In this document: piece by piece, positions 63,961-64,000 of the stretch
Position numbering within the stretch: the first letter of the stretch is position 1
Layout of the letters: every line of letters starts with the position of its first letter
From: Eledone cirrhosa
Taxonomy: Eukaryota
Assembly: GCA_964016885.1 (NCBI GenBank)
Contig: OZ024740.1
Coordinates: 262,570,001 to 262,634,000, forward strand
DNA length: 64,000 bases
Reading direction: 5' to 3'
The notes under the pieces: model-generated
Seen by the model: only the letters and a program-made list of their open reading frames with translations
Told to the model about the DNA's origin: nothing
The model's database searches: none
Position numbers and translations under genes: made by a program

Positions 63961-64000
63961 CTTCTCGATCCCCGGGTGTGCTTTTCTATTAATTTAAAAG

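Overview
Eukaryotic, AT- and microsatellite-rich, transposon-dense DNA with no recognisable host gene. The SINE family and the (TA)n/(TAA)n landscape suggest an octopod cephalopod (inference from recalled SINE sequences, not verified). Five Tx1/L1-clade LINEs are present; three form a head-to-tail array (18271-35542) and the last has intact ORF1 and ORF2. About 14 R4/Dong- or CRE-like RLE retroelement pieces and five tRNA-derived SINEs (plus one partial copy) also occur. Nearly all of these elements end in or abut (TAA/TTA)n tracts with consistent family-specific strand polarity. Also present: RTE fragments, a CR1-like LINE, a hAT-like transposase fragment and a Helitron fragment. Best hunt results: (1) a ~320-bp tandem/inverted non-coding repeat carrying a type I hammerhead ribozyme with the uncommon U3-A8 core (a candidate retrozyme); (2) a covarying CUUGU-loop hairpin shared by the Tx1 5' UTR, Tx1 3' end and SINE 3' end; (3) modular 5'UTR/ORF1 swapping among Tx1 copies, with visible crossovers; (4) a CR1 ORF1 with a Myb/trihelix-like domain and CCCH finger, linked to an AUG-less ORF2 by an in-phase U_UUU_UUA slippery site. 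All alignments and folds were done by eye.
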